Positions 1-13,137 are shown, counted from the first letter of the stretch. The stretch is 64,000 bases of DNA from Adineta vaga (GCA_021613535.1 CP075494.1:2852001-2916000), one strand, 5' to 3'. Numbers and translations: made by a program. Notes: generated by a model not told the origin, from the sequence alone.

Positions 1-116
1 TCTTACTTTTTAGAGGGTATATTTATGGTTGAAAATTGTTTTCATCTCGTATTAGAGATGGTGATAAGTATTTTTACAAAACATTATTCTTTAGTTAAAA
101 ACAAAATAATCATTTA

Positions 117-363
117 CAGGGTGAGGGTGTGGGTGTCAGACGGATGTAGTACTCACAACGATCTCTCTAGTAAAAGGTTATGTACAAGCCGGTATAGGGT
201 GGATGTGGGTGTGGGTGTGAGTGAGTGTCTGCGTTTTTCTATTTACACACCCACATCCTCAATGATCGAACATACGTTGTTGATTATAAATTTGCTTAAA
301 ACATCGATGCAGAAAATAACATTTCAGCTAAATAAAATTATCTTCACCCACACCCACACCCTG
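117..363. repeat. Telomere-like inverted element, nested double copy
   Basis: CAGGGTGAGGGTGTGGGTG (117) ... CACCCACACCCACACCCTG (345-363), enclosing GGGTGGATGTGGGTGTGGGTGTGAG ... CACACCCACATCCTCAA (198-262). Confidence 0.75.
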
Positions 364-768
364 TTTACTAGTAGATAAAACAATAATCAAACAAATGAAC
401 TTGTTGATGTTTCTATCAACAGTTCAAACACAATCATGGACAAATGTTTATACATGTTATATAAAAAGAATGAATAAATAAAATTTTCTTTATGCAAATA
501 GTTGTGTAACATGATATTCCAATTCACATATTGCTTTCATCTAAACGTTTTATTGTTCTCGCTGATGTATAAAGAAAAGTGAATCTTTGGACGTATACAG
601 AGTTTAATTGATCAAGATTAATTTATAAGAAGATGAAAACAAGAAAAAGAACTACAATTGCCTGTAATAAACTGTGATTATAAAATAAAAGTAAAAAAAT
701 CATAAAGTGCGCTTTGGATTATACTCTTGATATCTGATTCTTATCGAACGATTACATTTAGAAAAAAA

Positions 769-3700
769 ATGTCCGAACAAAAGGCAAATGGTAAATCGGT
801 ACATATTTCTGCATCCAAAATATCTCCGGCAATTGAAAGTAAATATCGATTAGACTTTTTTTAGATTCATTCTCGATTCTTTAGATCCACAACGAGTGTC
901 ATGTCGATTAGATTGGGCTGAATCATCTTGGATAAGATGGATACAAATACCATTGTTTCTATGGCTATCACCCATTCTCTCTCTGGCTAATAAACGTTCT
1001 CTTGTTGAAAATGATCTTAATGATCTTTCTCTCAATGATAAATGTGGAATTATATTAAACAGAGTAAATCAATATAATTCTAAATGGCCTGGTGCATGGA
1101 AAATATTTCGAGGAATATTCTATAAAGATTTTCTGACAAGTATCTTACTGGTTTTTCCACTCACAATGGCTCGTATATCACAACCATTACTTATTCGTCA
1201 GTTGACTATTTATATTAAAGATCAATCAGGATTACCTGTTTATTCTGGTTATTTATTTGCTATTGCTCTTTACATTGCTGTACTCGTACAAGCAACTTGT
1301 CAACAACAGATTATGTTTCGAAATGTACGTATAGGAACTCGAATTCGTAATGTATTCTCATCCGTTATCTATCAGCGCTTATTAAATATCAATACGGCAG
1401 CTCTTCATAAGACGACTGCTGCTCAGACGATTAATTTAGTATCAAATGATGCAAATAAATTTGCAGAATTAAGTATTTTTATTCATGCTTTAATAATGGT
1501 ACCTTTGGAAGTCTTTGCAACATTTGGTCTTTTATGGTGGAACATTGGTCTACCAACTTTATTCGGTTATGCAGTATTAATTTCAATAATACCAATACAG
1601 GCCATGTTCAGTCGACTGTTCGGTAAATATAGAAAAGGTACAATGTCATACACGGATAAACGTGTTCAAACGATCAATGAACTTGTTAATGGATGTCAAA
1701 TTATAAAAATGTACAATTGGGAAAAAGCTATGGAGCAACGAGTATGCGAAACACGTCGATTGGAACTTTCAAATATTCGAAAAGCGAGTAGTTTGAGGGC
1801 TCTTAATGTTGCTATATCTTTTGTAACAATACCTTTAGTTTCTCTTGCTACATTTGGAGGTAGTTGGCTTATCAAACGTACTTTACTACCAGAGAATATT
1901 TTTTCAACATTAGCTTTCTTTTCAATGGTTCGAGTTCCATTAACAATTACAATGCCATATTTCATTGAAAAATTTAGTGAAGCTCGAATTTCTGCAAGAA
2001 GAATTGATCAATTTATGCAACTCGATATGTTATTGAATAAACGTGAAATAACAAAAAATGAAAATGAAGAACATGTGATCATCATGGAAGATGCATCATT
2101 CTCTTGGAAAGATAATCCTTCATTATTTTCACTTAATCTTAAAATTAAAAAAGGTAATTTAGTTGGAATAAAAGGTACTATTGGTTCTGGTAAATCAACT
2201 TTACTCTCTGCTATACTCGGTGAAATTAATCTTATAAGTGGAAAATTACAACTTGCAACGAATTCAATTTCTTATGCTCCACAATCGGCATGGATATTTG
2301 CTGATACTATTCGAAGTAATATTCTTCTTGGCAAACCAATGAATGAAGAACGATATAAAAATGTCATAAAAGCATGTTGTCTCGATGTTGATCTGGAAAA
2401 TTTTGGTGAAATTGGTGATTTATTAATGATTGGTGATAAAGGTGTGAATTTAAGGTAACAGTCAAGTATGTCCTTGCAAAAATGTCCCTGGCTTTTGATC
2501 CTCGGACAAAAGATCCTCTTCTAAAGTGTCCTTTCGAAAAATATTTTTCATCTTCATGAAATCTTGAGGGTGGGGGTGGATGAAGAAGATATACTCACAC
2601 CCACAACATCGATCGACTCAAAAGCAATACAATTACTGTGCAAGAATTATTGGGAAAAATTTCATTTTTTGTTCCTAATGATTAGTTTAATGAAATTTTA
2701 AACGCTCTTCTAGATTATATTTCATAATTTATACTTTTACCTATAGTAACACTATCGACTTTTTTTTTAGTGAGAGAATATTTTTGAAAGGACATTTTTG
2801 CGAAAGACATTTTACATGAGGACTTTTTGTCCGAGGACCAAAAGCCAAGGACAATCTTGAAAGGACATTCTTGACTGTTTTCGAATTTAAGTGGTGGACA
2901 AAAAGCTCGAATATCACTTGCTCGTGCACTCTATGCTGACGCGGACTTATATTTACTTGATGATCCACTTGCTGCTGTTGATCCTAAAGTAGCAAAAAGT
3001 ATTTTTGATCAATCTATTGGTCCAAAAAGTTTCCTTCGTGGAAAAACTCGAATATTGGTAACACATCAAACACACTTCTTAGTTGAATCTGATCAAATGT
3101 TTGTATTAACTCATGGTCATCTTGATGAATTACAAATTGAACAACAACCCGAAACTGACTCATCCGAGGAATCATCAGAAACAGATTCATCTAGTGGAAA
3201 AGAAACAGATTTCGTACTTAATACTAATATAACAGATATGAATTCGATTGTAAAAAATGAAACATCAATTGAAGGTTCGATCAATTGGAAAATTTGGTTA
3301 AAATTATTTACTGCACCACCATTACGTTGGTTTGGGTTTTTATTTATGATTATTCTAATGTTGGGTAATGAAGCTTTGTATGATTTTGCAAATAGTTGGC
3401 TCGCTTCCTGGTCGAGTAAAGATGAAATTGAACAACGATCATCATTCTATATCTATGTTTATCTTGGAGTAATTATTTCTACATTTATTGTTGCATTGAC
3501 TCGAGTCAGCTATATTATTTATATTATGTTATGTGGTTCAACTTATTTCCATAATCGAATGCTAAAAGGTATTTTGTACACGTCCTTACGTTTCTTTGAA
3601 AATAATCCAAGTGGACGAATATTAAATCGAGCAAGTAAAGATCAACAGGTAGTAGATGAATCCTTACCTTTAGCTTTAATTGATAGTATGCAATATTTAT

Positions 3701-5035
3701 TAATGACACTTGGTTCTATTATAATTATTGGAATAACGAATCCATGGGTACTTCTTATCCTCATTCCTTTAGTTCCAACTATTTTGTGGCTTCGACGATT
3801 TTATATACGTGCAAGTCGACAATTGAAACGACTTGAAAGTGTAACTAGAAGTCCTATTTTTACATTGTTTTCAACTTCATTAGATGGACTTACTAGTATT
3901 CGTGCTTTTGGTGTTCAAAATGATTTTTTGAAAATGTTTATCGAAAGAATTGATGCAAATTCACGAGCATCATTCATTCTTTCTGCTGCTGCACATTGGT
4001 TCGGTTTACGACTTGATCTTACAGCATCATTACTCACATTAGTTACCTCGATTCTTGCAGTAGCATTACGTCATCAAATTGATCCATCAACAGCAGCACT
4101 TAGTATAAGTTATTGTATTACTTTAACAGGTTTATTTCAATGGGGAATACGACAATCAGCAGAAGCAGAAAATTATATGACTAGTGCGGAACGTATTTAT
4201 GAATATGGTCAATTAGTACCTGAAAGTCATCAACATAATAATAATAATAATAATAATAATATTCTTATTCAACCAGACAAAAATTGGCCTTCTCATGGAA
4301 TTATCGAATTCAAAGATTATACTTGTCGTTATAGATCAGAACTTGATCCTGTACTAAAAAATCTCAATCTAAAGATTGATTCTCAAGAAAAGATTGGAGT
4401 TATTGGTCGAACAGGTTTGTATTAATTCAACTAAAGATATATGATATATTAAATGTGATTTAGGTGCTGGAAAATCATCACTCATCCAAGCTCTCTTTCG
4501 ATTAGTCGATCAATCAGCAATTCATGGAAGTATACTCATCGATGGCATTGATATTGGATGTCTTTCACTCGATTATCTTCGTTCTCATCTTAGTGTTATT
4601 CCACAAATGCCCATTCTCTTCTGTGGTACTCTACGATACAATATAGATCCATTCGAACAATTCTCCGATGAAGAATGTTTAGCAGTTCTTGAAGCTGTTC
4701 AACTGAAAAAATTAGTTCGAAATCATTCTGATGGACTGCATCTTTTGGTAGCTGAATCAGGAACAAATTTGAGTGCTGGTGAACGTCAATTGATTTGTGT
4801 CGCTCGTGCCATTTTAAAGAGAAGCAAAATATTGTTGATTGATGAAGCTACTGCACATGTCGATCATGCTACTGATACGATGATTCAAGAAGTAATTGCA
4901 GACAAATTTCGTGATCGTACAATACTGACGATTGCACATCGTTTGAATACTATTGCGAATAGTGATCGAATTCTTATGTTACAACAAGGAGAAATTGCTT
5001 TTTTTGATGTGCCTAAAAATATAAACTTGATGTAA
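769..5035 (+). CDS. ABCC4/MRP4-like ABC exporter (about 1244 aa); exons 769-838, 885-2454, 2892-4414, 4464-5035
   Basis: TMD1-NBD1-TMD2-NBD2 layout. Walker A GTIGSGKS and GRTGAGKS, signatures LSGGQ (split by an intron) and LSAGE, Walker B YLLDD and LLIDEAT. GT-AG introns join the ORFs in frame (3735 nt total). Confidence 0.93.
2455..2882. mobile_element. Non-autonomous Mutator-like TIR element (MITE) forming intron 2 of the ABCC gene
   Basis: Imperfect ~90-100 bp TIRs (AACAGTCAAGTATGTCC...CCTCGGACAAAA at 2457-2545; TTTTGTCCGAGG...GGACATTCTTGACTGTT at 2777-2879), flanked by the 9-bp direct repeat GAATTTAAG at 2446-2454 and 2883-2891. Confidence 0.88.
2561..2605. repeat. Telomere-like inverted element
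   Basis: ATCTTGAGGGTGGGGGTGGA...ACTCACACCCACA, inside the intron-forming MITE. Confidence 0.7.
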
Positions 5036-6243
5036 TGTTATTTCGAATTGTATTGTAGGATCAATTAAGTAACTATATAGTTTATATGCTTAGTTTAATA
5101 TAAAATAATGAATAAAAATGGATGATAAGATCGGAATAAAGGTTGTACTTTTATGTAGTTTATATGTTGCTTTCAGTCCTAACGATTTTTATCCATTTTC
5201 GATTTTTTCTCTCCCTCTCTCTTTTATAAAGTATTGGAGTAGATCGTGTTTCGTGGCAGAGAATCTATCTAGTTTTGCCACGATAGGAAATAAGTGGTTT
5301 TGTTTTACAGCATCTGCCAAATATGTTTGCAGACGGAAAATATTCATATGAATCAAGAGATTTTGAGGGAGAAAGCGAGAGTATAAGAGACATTTTTGGG
5401 ACGGAAATCCCAAGCCTCCTTCATCTAACCGGAGGGCTTGTCTATCACTGGTCATCCACACCCTTAATATTAATTAAACTAACGTTCATCAAGAGGTTCA
5501 GTAGTAAATAGTCAAGTAATTGGAAATAACAGTTGCGACGCGATTCACTAAATATTATTTCGAATCTTCCTGAAATGGGATTGTACAGGTTAAATGAATT
5601 CACATAACAGTTCTTCATAATAAAATAATTCATATTTCAGTCATGGATATGATCGAGATTAAGATGATGATGATGATATAACGAAAGAATTTCTTTTCAT
5701 TTATTTCATTGGATGAAATGGATATTACTATACTGATTGTTTTCGCAAATGATAATTTAAGTTATTATTTTGAAGAATAAAGTTAATTTCCACTTAAACA
5801 GCAATTGTAAGATCAAGAAAAGTGAGCTCCAAGTTTGGAGTTTACGAATGTCTAGTTTTTCATCGCAGGTTCTATCTTATAACTTGAACTCTTCATTTCT
5901 GACTCCTCAAATAGATGTTTTCGTTTTATTTTTCTTTATAGATAAGTAACTAATAGAGACGAGTGTTTTTTTCTGTCACTTTGTCTACTCCGGATGTATT
6001 TTATTGAGAGAATGTGCCAAATAGCAAAAGAAAAACGATCATTTTCACTTATTCATTCATTCATTCATTCATTGAAATCGTCTTATAGAATCTAAAATAT
6101 ATAAGGATATTTTATGTTGATAAATTAATACTATAGAAATCAAACAATTAAAATGTTGTGTCAAATCCGATTGTCCTGAAATCCATTAGATTTTCTATTT
6201 CTTTAAAAAAAATAGATTTGTTTCGGATTAATGCCGAATAGAT

Positions 6244-6323
6244 ATCTTGAGGGTGTGGGTGTAGGTGTGTGTAGGCGTGCTATATTTCTTGATGAATTCC
6301 ACACCACCCACACGCACCCTTCA
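6244..6323. repeat. Telomere-like inverted element
   Basis: ATCTTGAGGGTGTGGGTGTAGGTGTG...CCACACCACCCACACGCACCCTTCA. Confidence 0.8.
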
Positions 6324-6478
6324 TTTATTATATTATCTTCTCACGCTGATTAAGATTTGTTTTCTAATTCGTATAAATCAATCTTTTGTAGGCAGCTTTT
6401 GTTCGATATCTTCAATAGAAAATTGTCAGATGAAGATATTTTCTTTCGGTCAATCTGACTCAAAAATGAAAAGACAAA

Positions 6479-9375
6479 TTACAATCTCGTAATTACAATT
6501 TGAACATCTTTAGATTGTTGTTTTCTTTCTTGAAAATATTTCATCCAAATTTGAATTAAATGACATGACATAATCATCACTGATGCTAAGATGATTACCC
6601 ATACCTAGAATGAATTTTTATTTTCGACAATATTTCATTTAAAGAAACCTACTCTCCATGCTTTGCTCATGTCATCAGTTAATTTCACAAGACCAAAATT
6701 AACAAAAGCAACAATACCAACAATTGTCCACATGATGCCAGTTAGACGTCCAATATATTCCGATGGAAAACTAGTCGAGAAAAGATATTTTGTTTGATTT
6801 GCTTGGTTTGGAACTTACAAAGTACAAATAACTGCTTGACATCCTCCGAGGAGTGTTGATCGAGCAAAACAATTGATGATAATAACAGGTACAATCATCG
6901 ATGATGATGGAAACATCACAATCAAGCATAAGGCAATATTAAATAACCATGCAATTGTTTGAACTACAGAGATATTCAATAATTTTTGTTTTTCACCTAA
7001 AATACTTTCGACATTCTTCTTGTTTTTTCAAATTCAACTATTATTTACTTCGATCAGCTCGAAATCCGAGTAAATATCCATTGATTGGACAAATAACGAT
7101 TGCTGCTATCGTTGACATTGTATATTCAAAGGTATATTGATTTACTACAGATTATATGTTATAGCGTCCAATCTAAGAATGACATGAAAATAGCATATGA
7201 CCGATCTCGGATCCACCTAAAGCAATCAGCTTCTTCAGAGTGCGTGAGGGCATGAATATTCACTCTCACGCACCCTGAAGAATCTGATTGCTTTAGATGG
7301 ATCCGAGATCGGCCATGTGCTATTTTCCATCCAATGTAGGATGTTCGATTGGACGTCATTCAACACATAGGTATGCATTAATGATTGAGAAATGAAAGAA
7401 AGACTGAGAAATACCTAATGATTGATCTTGTTTGGTAATATAGGATATCCATGGTTGCCAAAGAATAGAAAGAAAGTTAGTTGAAATTAAAAGAATACTT
7501 AAAAATGCGACAAGTAAGAGATATAATGGACTTGTTAAATGTCTTCGAAAATTATTGACTTTTATTTCATCTAGAAGATGAAGATATGAATAAATACAAG
7601 AATTTGTTCGTTTTTTTATACCTTTGATTTCCGATTGTTTATCAAATTGATATGGAAGATTAAGAAATGAATAATTCCAATCAAGAAATAGAAATGATGT
7701 GAATAACATGAACAATCCAAATGATAACCAGATATATGCTAATGTACTTAATTCTATCTGTCTATCCTCTACTAATATCTATAAATAACAACATCGTTCA
7801 TATACGTATTAGAAAGTAATCTTTACCTCAAATATAGAATACCACATAGTGGCTGATATAACAGCACCTGTGAGTAATGATGAGACCAATGCACGAGATT
7901 TAGAAAAATAATCGGATGCTGTAAGACTTGTGACAAAAGTAATACTTCCACTCAGTGCCGAAAATGCACAATGAACATATAATAACGAATCTCGACCTAC
8001 AAATAAGACATTTTATTTTGCTAATTACATTGATGTTTATCTTTGACCTGGTTTTAAAAACGCCAATGATAACCATCCAATCATATGAAAGATTCTTCGA
8101 AATAAAGCAATCAGTTTTGGAAAGAAAAATCATTGAAACTTACATGGCAATTAATTTGACAAAACGACAACCAAATCGATCAATAAAAATTCCAATGAGA
8201 AATAATGGCAAATTAAAACAAGCAATTCCCACTGTCAATGCATTCTAGAATTATTCATCAAATAAAATCTTTTAGAAAAACATTTAAATAAACATATCAA
8301 TCCTTCAACCAGAGACTGTCATTAGGACAGGACTGTTGTGTTCTGGAAAAAAGAGAACACGGTAGAGTACTTGTGTTAGCTCTGTTGAAGTGGCTTCCTG
8401 TCCGTTATCTTCACAAAAGTTATATTCTCTGTCGATTAGTTCGATTTAAAAAGATAGATAAAATCTTGCTGTGTGCGGTACTATATTTATAATTTTATGA
8501 ATCATCTTCTTTTGACGAAATGACGTCTTTAGCTAGGCGTCATTTTTCTCAGAACGCTCTGAAGGACACTATAGACTCTCAGATAGAGATACAAGCGTCG
8601 ATGAATTAACTATATCATTTGTCTGGAACAAAGCTGATTATCAATGCTTCGAAAGTTCTACTGTTCTCGTTGTTGTCAGTAGTTATCGATTTCGTAGATA
8701 CAATTTACTCTAGACGTTCAATGGATTCTTCTTCCATCGACAATGAAAATTATTTTCGCTGCATTTCATCTATGAGTGTGGCGCTTCTTCAATCACTCTT
8801 TGTTAATGTCATGATGCAAACTAATAGTCTGAAAGACCAAAAGGACTTTTATCAAGTCCAAGGCGAAGCAAAGAGTGTTTTAGCCGTACAGGGCATACAG
8901 GACGAGTATCTTGACCAGGATAGTAATAACTGCTGTATGACAGTCTCTGGTTGGCAAGTCGATCTTCTCGATGTTCTTGACATCATCAGACAGAGAGATT
9001 TATTTCGTCAGGAATGATTTCTTACAGTGGCTCTTTCTTATTCTGTTATAGTCAATGTAGTGCGGAGAGGCATTTGATTCTGATATCGACGACAACAACA
9101 ACAAAAAGGGTGGAATGCAAATTCATGTATCGAAATGAGTAATCACTTTTAAAAATAATGGTGCTCACCTGATATTGATTCTTTTGTGCATCACATGGAT
9201 CTTTTGTTGATGATAAACATTTATTTTGATAGATTCCACGATGAGATAAAACTTGAAATAATCCCGGTAGACCAAATATTGTACCAGCAAAAAGAGTTGC
9301 TTCAATAAAAAAACAAAATACCCCTAACCATTTTCGATAAATAGTTTTTTCTTGTGAAATAATTATTTGCACCAT
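6479..9375 (-). CDS. SLC43 (LAT3/LAT4/SLC43A3)-like MFS transporter, multi-exon
   Basis: N-terminal FIEATLFAGTIFGLPGLFQVLSHRGIYQNKC, MFS motif A GIFIDRFGCR, C-terminal FPSEYIGRLTG. Exons rebuilt across GT-AG introns (e.g. 9168-8245, 7414-7145); stop at 6481-6479. Confidence 0.8.
7165..7355. repeat. ~190 bp fold-back palindrome within an SLC43 intron, with a telomere-like hairpin at its axis
   Basis: CGTCCAATC...CCGATCTCGGATCCACCTAAAGCAATCAG pairs with CTGATTGCTTTAGATGGATCCGAGATCGG...GATTGGACG; centre GAATATTC at 7254-7261. Confidence 0.85.
8306..8953. mobile_element. Probable non-autonomous TIR element in SLC43 intron 1
   Basis: Perfect 17-bp inverted repeats CAACCAGAGACTGTCAT (8306-8322) and ATGACAGTCTCTGGTTG (8937-8953) inside an unusually long 924-nt intron; no TSD seen. 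Confidence 0.55.
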
Positions 9376-10431
9376 TTGATCTACAAACAAAAAATTACTC
9401 TTGTCGTTTTGTGTTTTTCTTTGATGAAAAAATGAATTTTCTTTCGATTGTATCGACAAGCAAATTGTTCATTTCGATAATGATGATCAGATGAATATTG
9501 TTCTCATCAACATTCGAATCAGTTTTTGTCGCATGAGATAGTTTTTCTTTCTGATTTGCATACCAACGAACTGTATAGGTCAACGAATAGGAAGAGGATT
9601 ATGTTGGACACTGACGTTGTCTAATCTGTATTTCTAGAAAAGGCTGGTCTCTCGTAAAATTGAACATGATTCACATTCAAACGGTTTGAATATATCAATA
9701 TCTAATCTATTTGATTAAATTGTTCAATTCGATTGACCAACTGAGAGACATCACGACCGATGACGAGTATTCAAGTGTATGTCTTTCTAATCGGACGAAG
9801 TTACCTATGACTCCCTTACGGTAAGCAAATGTATTCATTCTCGGTAGGCATTTCTTTCACATCGATATTTGTGAAGGACAAAAAAAAACATGATACTTTT
9901 TTTGTTTGTCTCTTACCTTAAACAATAGATGAGACAATGAGACAACGATTAAATGTGATGTTTATATTTGTTGATATAATCGAGATCGGAGAGAAATTGC
10001 TGCTCAAATGAATTGGATTTCAAACATTTTGCAGCCGTTAGTGACTCGTCGCGTCATACGGTCTCTCTCTCTCTATCTGTCGATCATCATTTAATCGTTA
10101 AAGAAAATAAATGATGTTAGATATTTATTGTCTTGATTTGTTTGTTTATCTAATCAATAAATAGAATAAATGTGAGGATGTGTTTAAATTAATAAACTAT
10201 CACAGTCTAGATTTTGATTCTTATTTAAGAGAATCGTTCATCAGGTGGTAAAAGAATTCTGCCAGAATAGTAAACTCAAGAAATTTTTAGAAATTCAAAC
10301 GGAAAAATTCCAAAGAAATATCCAAAGAATCTATTCCCAAGAAGGGACAATTACCAGGAAACTAGAGTTTTTCACTATTATTGATATAGATTATTAAGTG
10401 TCAAGTATTCGTCTAGAAAACTTGCAAAGAG

Positions 10432-10809
10432 TCAATACAACATAGTCGTAATGAGAAGAAGATGAGTTAATGAAGTGTATATATATATATAGATATATAA
10501 TTCAGTTTGAAATAATTCATTTTTGTATTTGTTGATACATTCCAAATGAGCATTTATATTAGCCAAACGTTGATCGATAAGATGTAACATAAATGAACTG
10601 AAATTGTCATCAGTTCGAAATATTCTACAAATTGTCCATAAGTTATCCATGCTACTTTGAAATTGTTTTTCGTAAAAATTGATTTGTTTTTCTATTGACT
10701 TGGTATAATTTGACAATGTGTCATGGTTGGTGTGTTTCACAATATTTTTATATTGTTCATATAGTTGTTCTTGCAGACTTGGTTGTTGAATGTAGCTAAT
10801 CTGAGGTAT
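10432..10809 (-). pseudogene. 5'-truncated coiled-coil ORF fragment, possibly from an Athena/Penelope-like retroelement
   Basis: Open frame PQISYIQQPSLQEQLYEQYKNIVKHTNHDTLSNYTKSIEKQINFYEKQFQ...LIDQRLANINAHLECINKYK. Resembles, from memory, helical regions in bdelloid Penelope-like element ORFs. Cut exactly where the ABCC duplication starts; no RT motifs visible. Confidence 0.35.
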
Positions 10810-11755
10810 TCATCGATGGCATTGATATTGGATGTCTTTCACTCGATTATCTTCGTTCTCATCTTAGTGTTATTCCACAAATGCCCATTCTCTTCTGTGG
10901 TACTCTACGATACAATATAGATCCATTCGAACAATTCTCCGATGAAGAATGTTTAGCAGTTCTTGAAGCTGTTCAACTGAAAAAATTAGTTCGAAATCAT
11001 TCTGATGGACTGCATCTTTTGGTAGCTGAATCGGGAACAAATTTGAGTGCTGGTGAACGTCAATTGATTTGTGTCGCTCGTGCCATTTTAAAGAGAAGCA
11101 AAATATTGTTGATTGATGAAGCTACTGCACATGTCGATCATGCTACTGATATGATGATTCAAGAAGTAATTGCAGACAAATTTCGTGATCGTACAATACT
11201 GACGATTGCACATCGTTTGAATACTATTGCGAATAGTGATCGAATTCTTATGTTACAACAAGGAGAAATTGCTTTTTTTGACGTGCCTAAGAATATAAAT
11301 TTGATGTAATGTTATTTCGAATTGTATTGTAGGATCAATTAAGTAACTATATAGTTTATATGCTTAGTTTAATATAAAATAATGAATAAAAATGGATGGT
11401 AAGATCGGAATAAAGGTTGTACTTTTATGTAGTTTATATGTTTCTTTCAGTCCTAACGATTTTTATCCATTTTCGATTTTTTCTCTCCCTCTCTCTTTTA
11501 TAAAGTATTGGAGTAGATCGTGTTTCGTGGCAGAGAATCTATCTAGTTTTGCCACGATAGGAAATAAATGGTTTTATTTTACGGCGTCTGCCAAATATGT
11601 TTGCAGACGGAAAATATTCATATGAATCAAGAGATTTTGAGAGGAAAGCGAGAATATAAGAGAAATTTTGGGACGGAAATCCCAAGCTACCTCCATCTAA
11701 CCGGAGGGCTTGTCTATCACTGGTCATCCACATCCCCACCCACACCCTCAATATT
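10810..11755 (+). pseudogene. Recent duplication of the ABCC 3' end (partial NBD2 plus downstream sequence), copy of 4536-5470
   Basis: Near-identical at offset 6274 (ORF 10881-11309 differs from 4607-5035 by one residue, T>M); lacks Walker A and all upstream exons. Confidence 0.92.
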
Positions 11756-11894
11756 TTTACAATTTATGTAAAAAAGAAATCAATGTATTATTTAATGTTA
11801 GATTAAGAAAATATAGATAGAAATTCTAGGGAATATAAATTAACTTTTGTCAAATTAAAACTGGTTGTTTATGATTTATTTCATATTTAGTCGG

Positions 11895-13137
11895 TTAATT
11901 CGGTTCAATACGTTGATGACGATCATACCATGGAATTTCACACTTCGAGACAGAATATATAGTCTTTATTAGTTCTCGACGAAATGTAGGCGATGTTAAT
12001 GTATATAAATAAAATGACAATGTCGAATATGTATAAGCAAGAGTTTCGGTTAAATATTGAGCAAATGATTCGATAGATTTTCGATCGCTTGTCTTGTTAT
12101 TGAGATTGGACGTAAAAGCGCTATATACTAAGAAAGTCGTCCAAGGTATTGTTAAGATAATATAAAAAATGGTTTGAATAAATAACATAATCAATGTTTG
12201 CCGATCACGTACTCTAACTATACGATCTGCTGCCGTTTCACTTACTGCATTACAGTTATTTTGACGACGTTTGCGTTTATATTTAAGATTATTTCTAATG
12301 AGCACAGCACATGTAATCATAATTAATGGTGGAAGGATGCCACCAAGTATAATTGTAAAAATACTACGTACATTGCGACAGTAACAGGAGACCAAACACA
12401 TAGACCTCCATCAATTGTATGAAAAATCAAATTATGTACAGGTAATATGATCCAAATGATTGCAATAATTAATAGAACGCGATAAGCAATGTATAGCCTG
12501 GAAAATTCTCGTGCGCGAACATTAACTGATGATGATGCATATCGATCAATACAAGCCATAGCCAAACACCAACGATATGTCATTGTAGCAGATTGACCAA
12601 AATAGACACGTGCTTTACAAAATTCATATATATTATTCGGATCCGGATGATATGCAGAATGGGCACGTGATATCAGTCCGAAGGACATCGCAATAAGCAT
12701 CGCTATAGAGCCCCCAGAAAATCTATGACAAAAGAAAAATTCATAATCAATCCTCATTAATTCCAATTCTCAGATATGCCCATTGCTGTGTTTTTCGTCT
12801 GCGCAAATAGAATAATTGAATACTTGAATTCAAATTTCGAGTATTGCACATATGGATTCTGGAGGCAACTAAAATATACTATGGTCAATCTATTAATGTA
12901 ATATACGAAAATCGATCGAGCACTTTCTTTCTTATTGTTTCGAGAACAACTTTCATACTTATTTTAACTTGATTCCAAAGTATACTTACATATGCAACAG
13001 GAAATATTTCGAAATCGTTTTCTTAAAAACAGTAAAATATTAAGTAAAGACCCACTTATACCAAATGTTAAAATTATTGGACAAAAATAACGATTCATTT
13101 GTGTTTGAACTGTCGATAGAATGATGTTCAATGACAT
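11895..13137 (-). CDS. Rhodopsin-like GPCR, 2 exons (intron 12989-12723), with two apparent 1-bp frameshifts
   Basis: 7TM pattern with GSLLNILLF, ACIDRY, RDRQTLIML, FYLYTLTSPTFRREL; frame breaks near 12712 (G run) and 12366. Confidence 0.8.

Noticed and set aside
25-378. 117-aa ORF
   Set aside because: Produced by GT/CA-rich telomere-like arms (VGVGV, HTHT); no protein features.
4237-4260. (AAT)8 poly-Asn tract in ABCC, and the (TTCA)n tract near 6051
   Set aside because: Ordinary microsatellites.
5118-5511. Short ORFs repeated at 11392-11771
   Set aside because: Their similarity reflects the recent DNA duplication; indels between copies break the frames.
8619-9017. 132-aa ORF inside the TIR element as a transposase
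   Set aside because: No DDE or other recognisable motif, and it runs past the right TIR.
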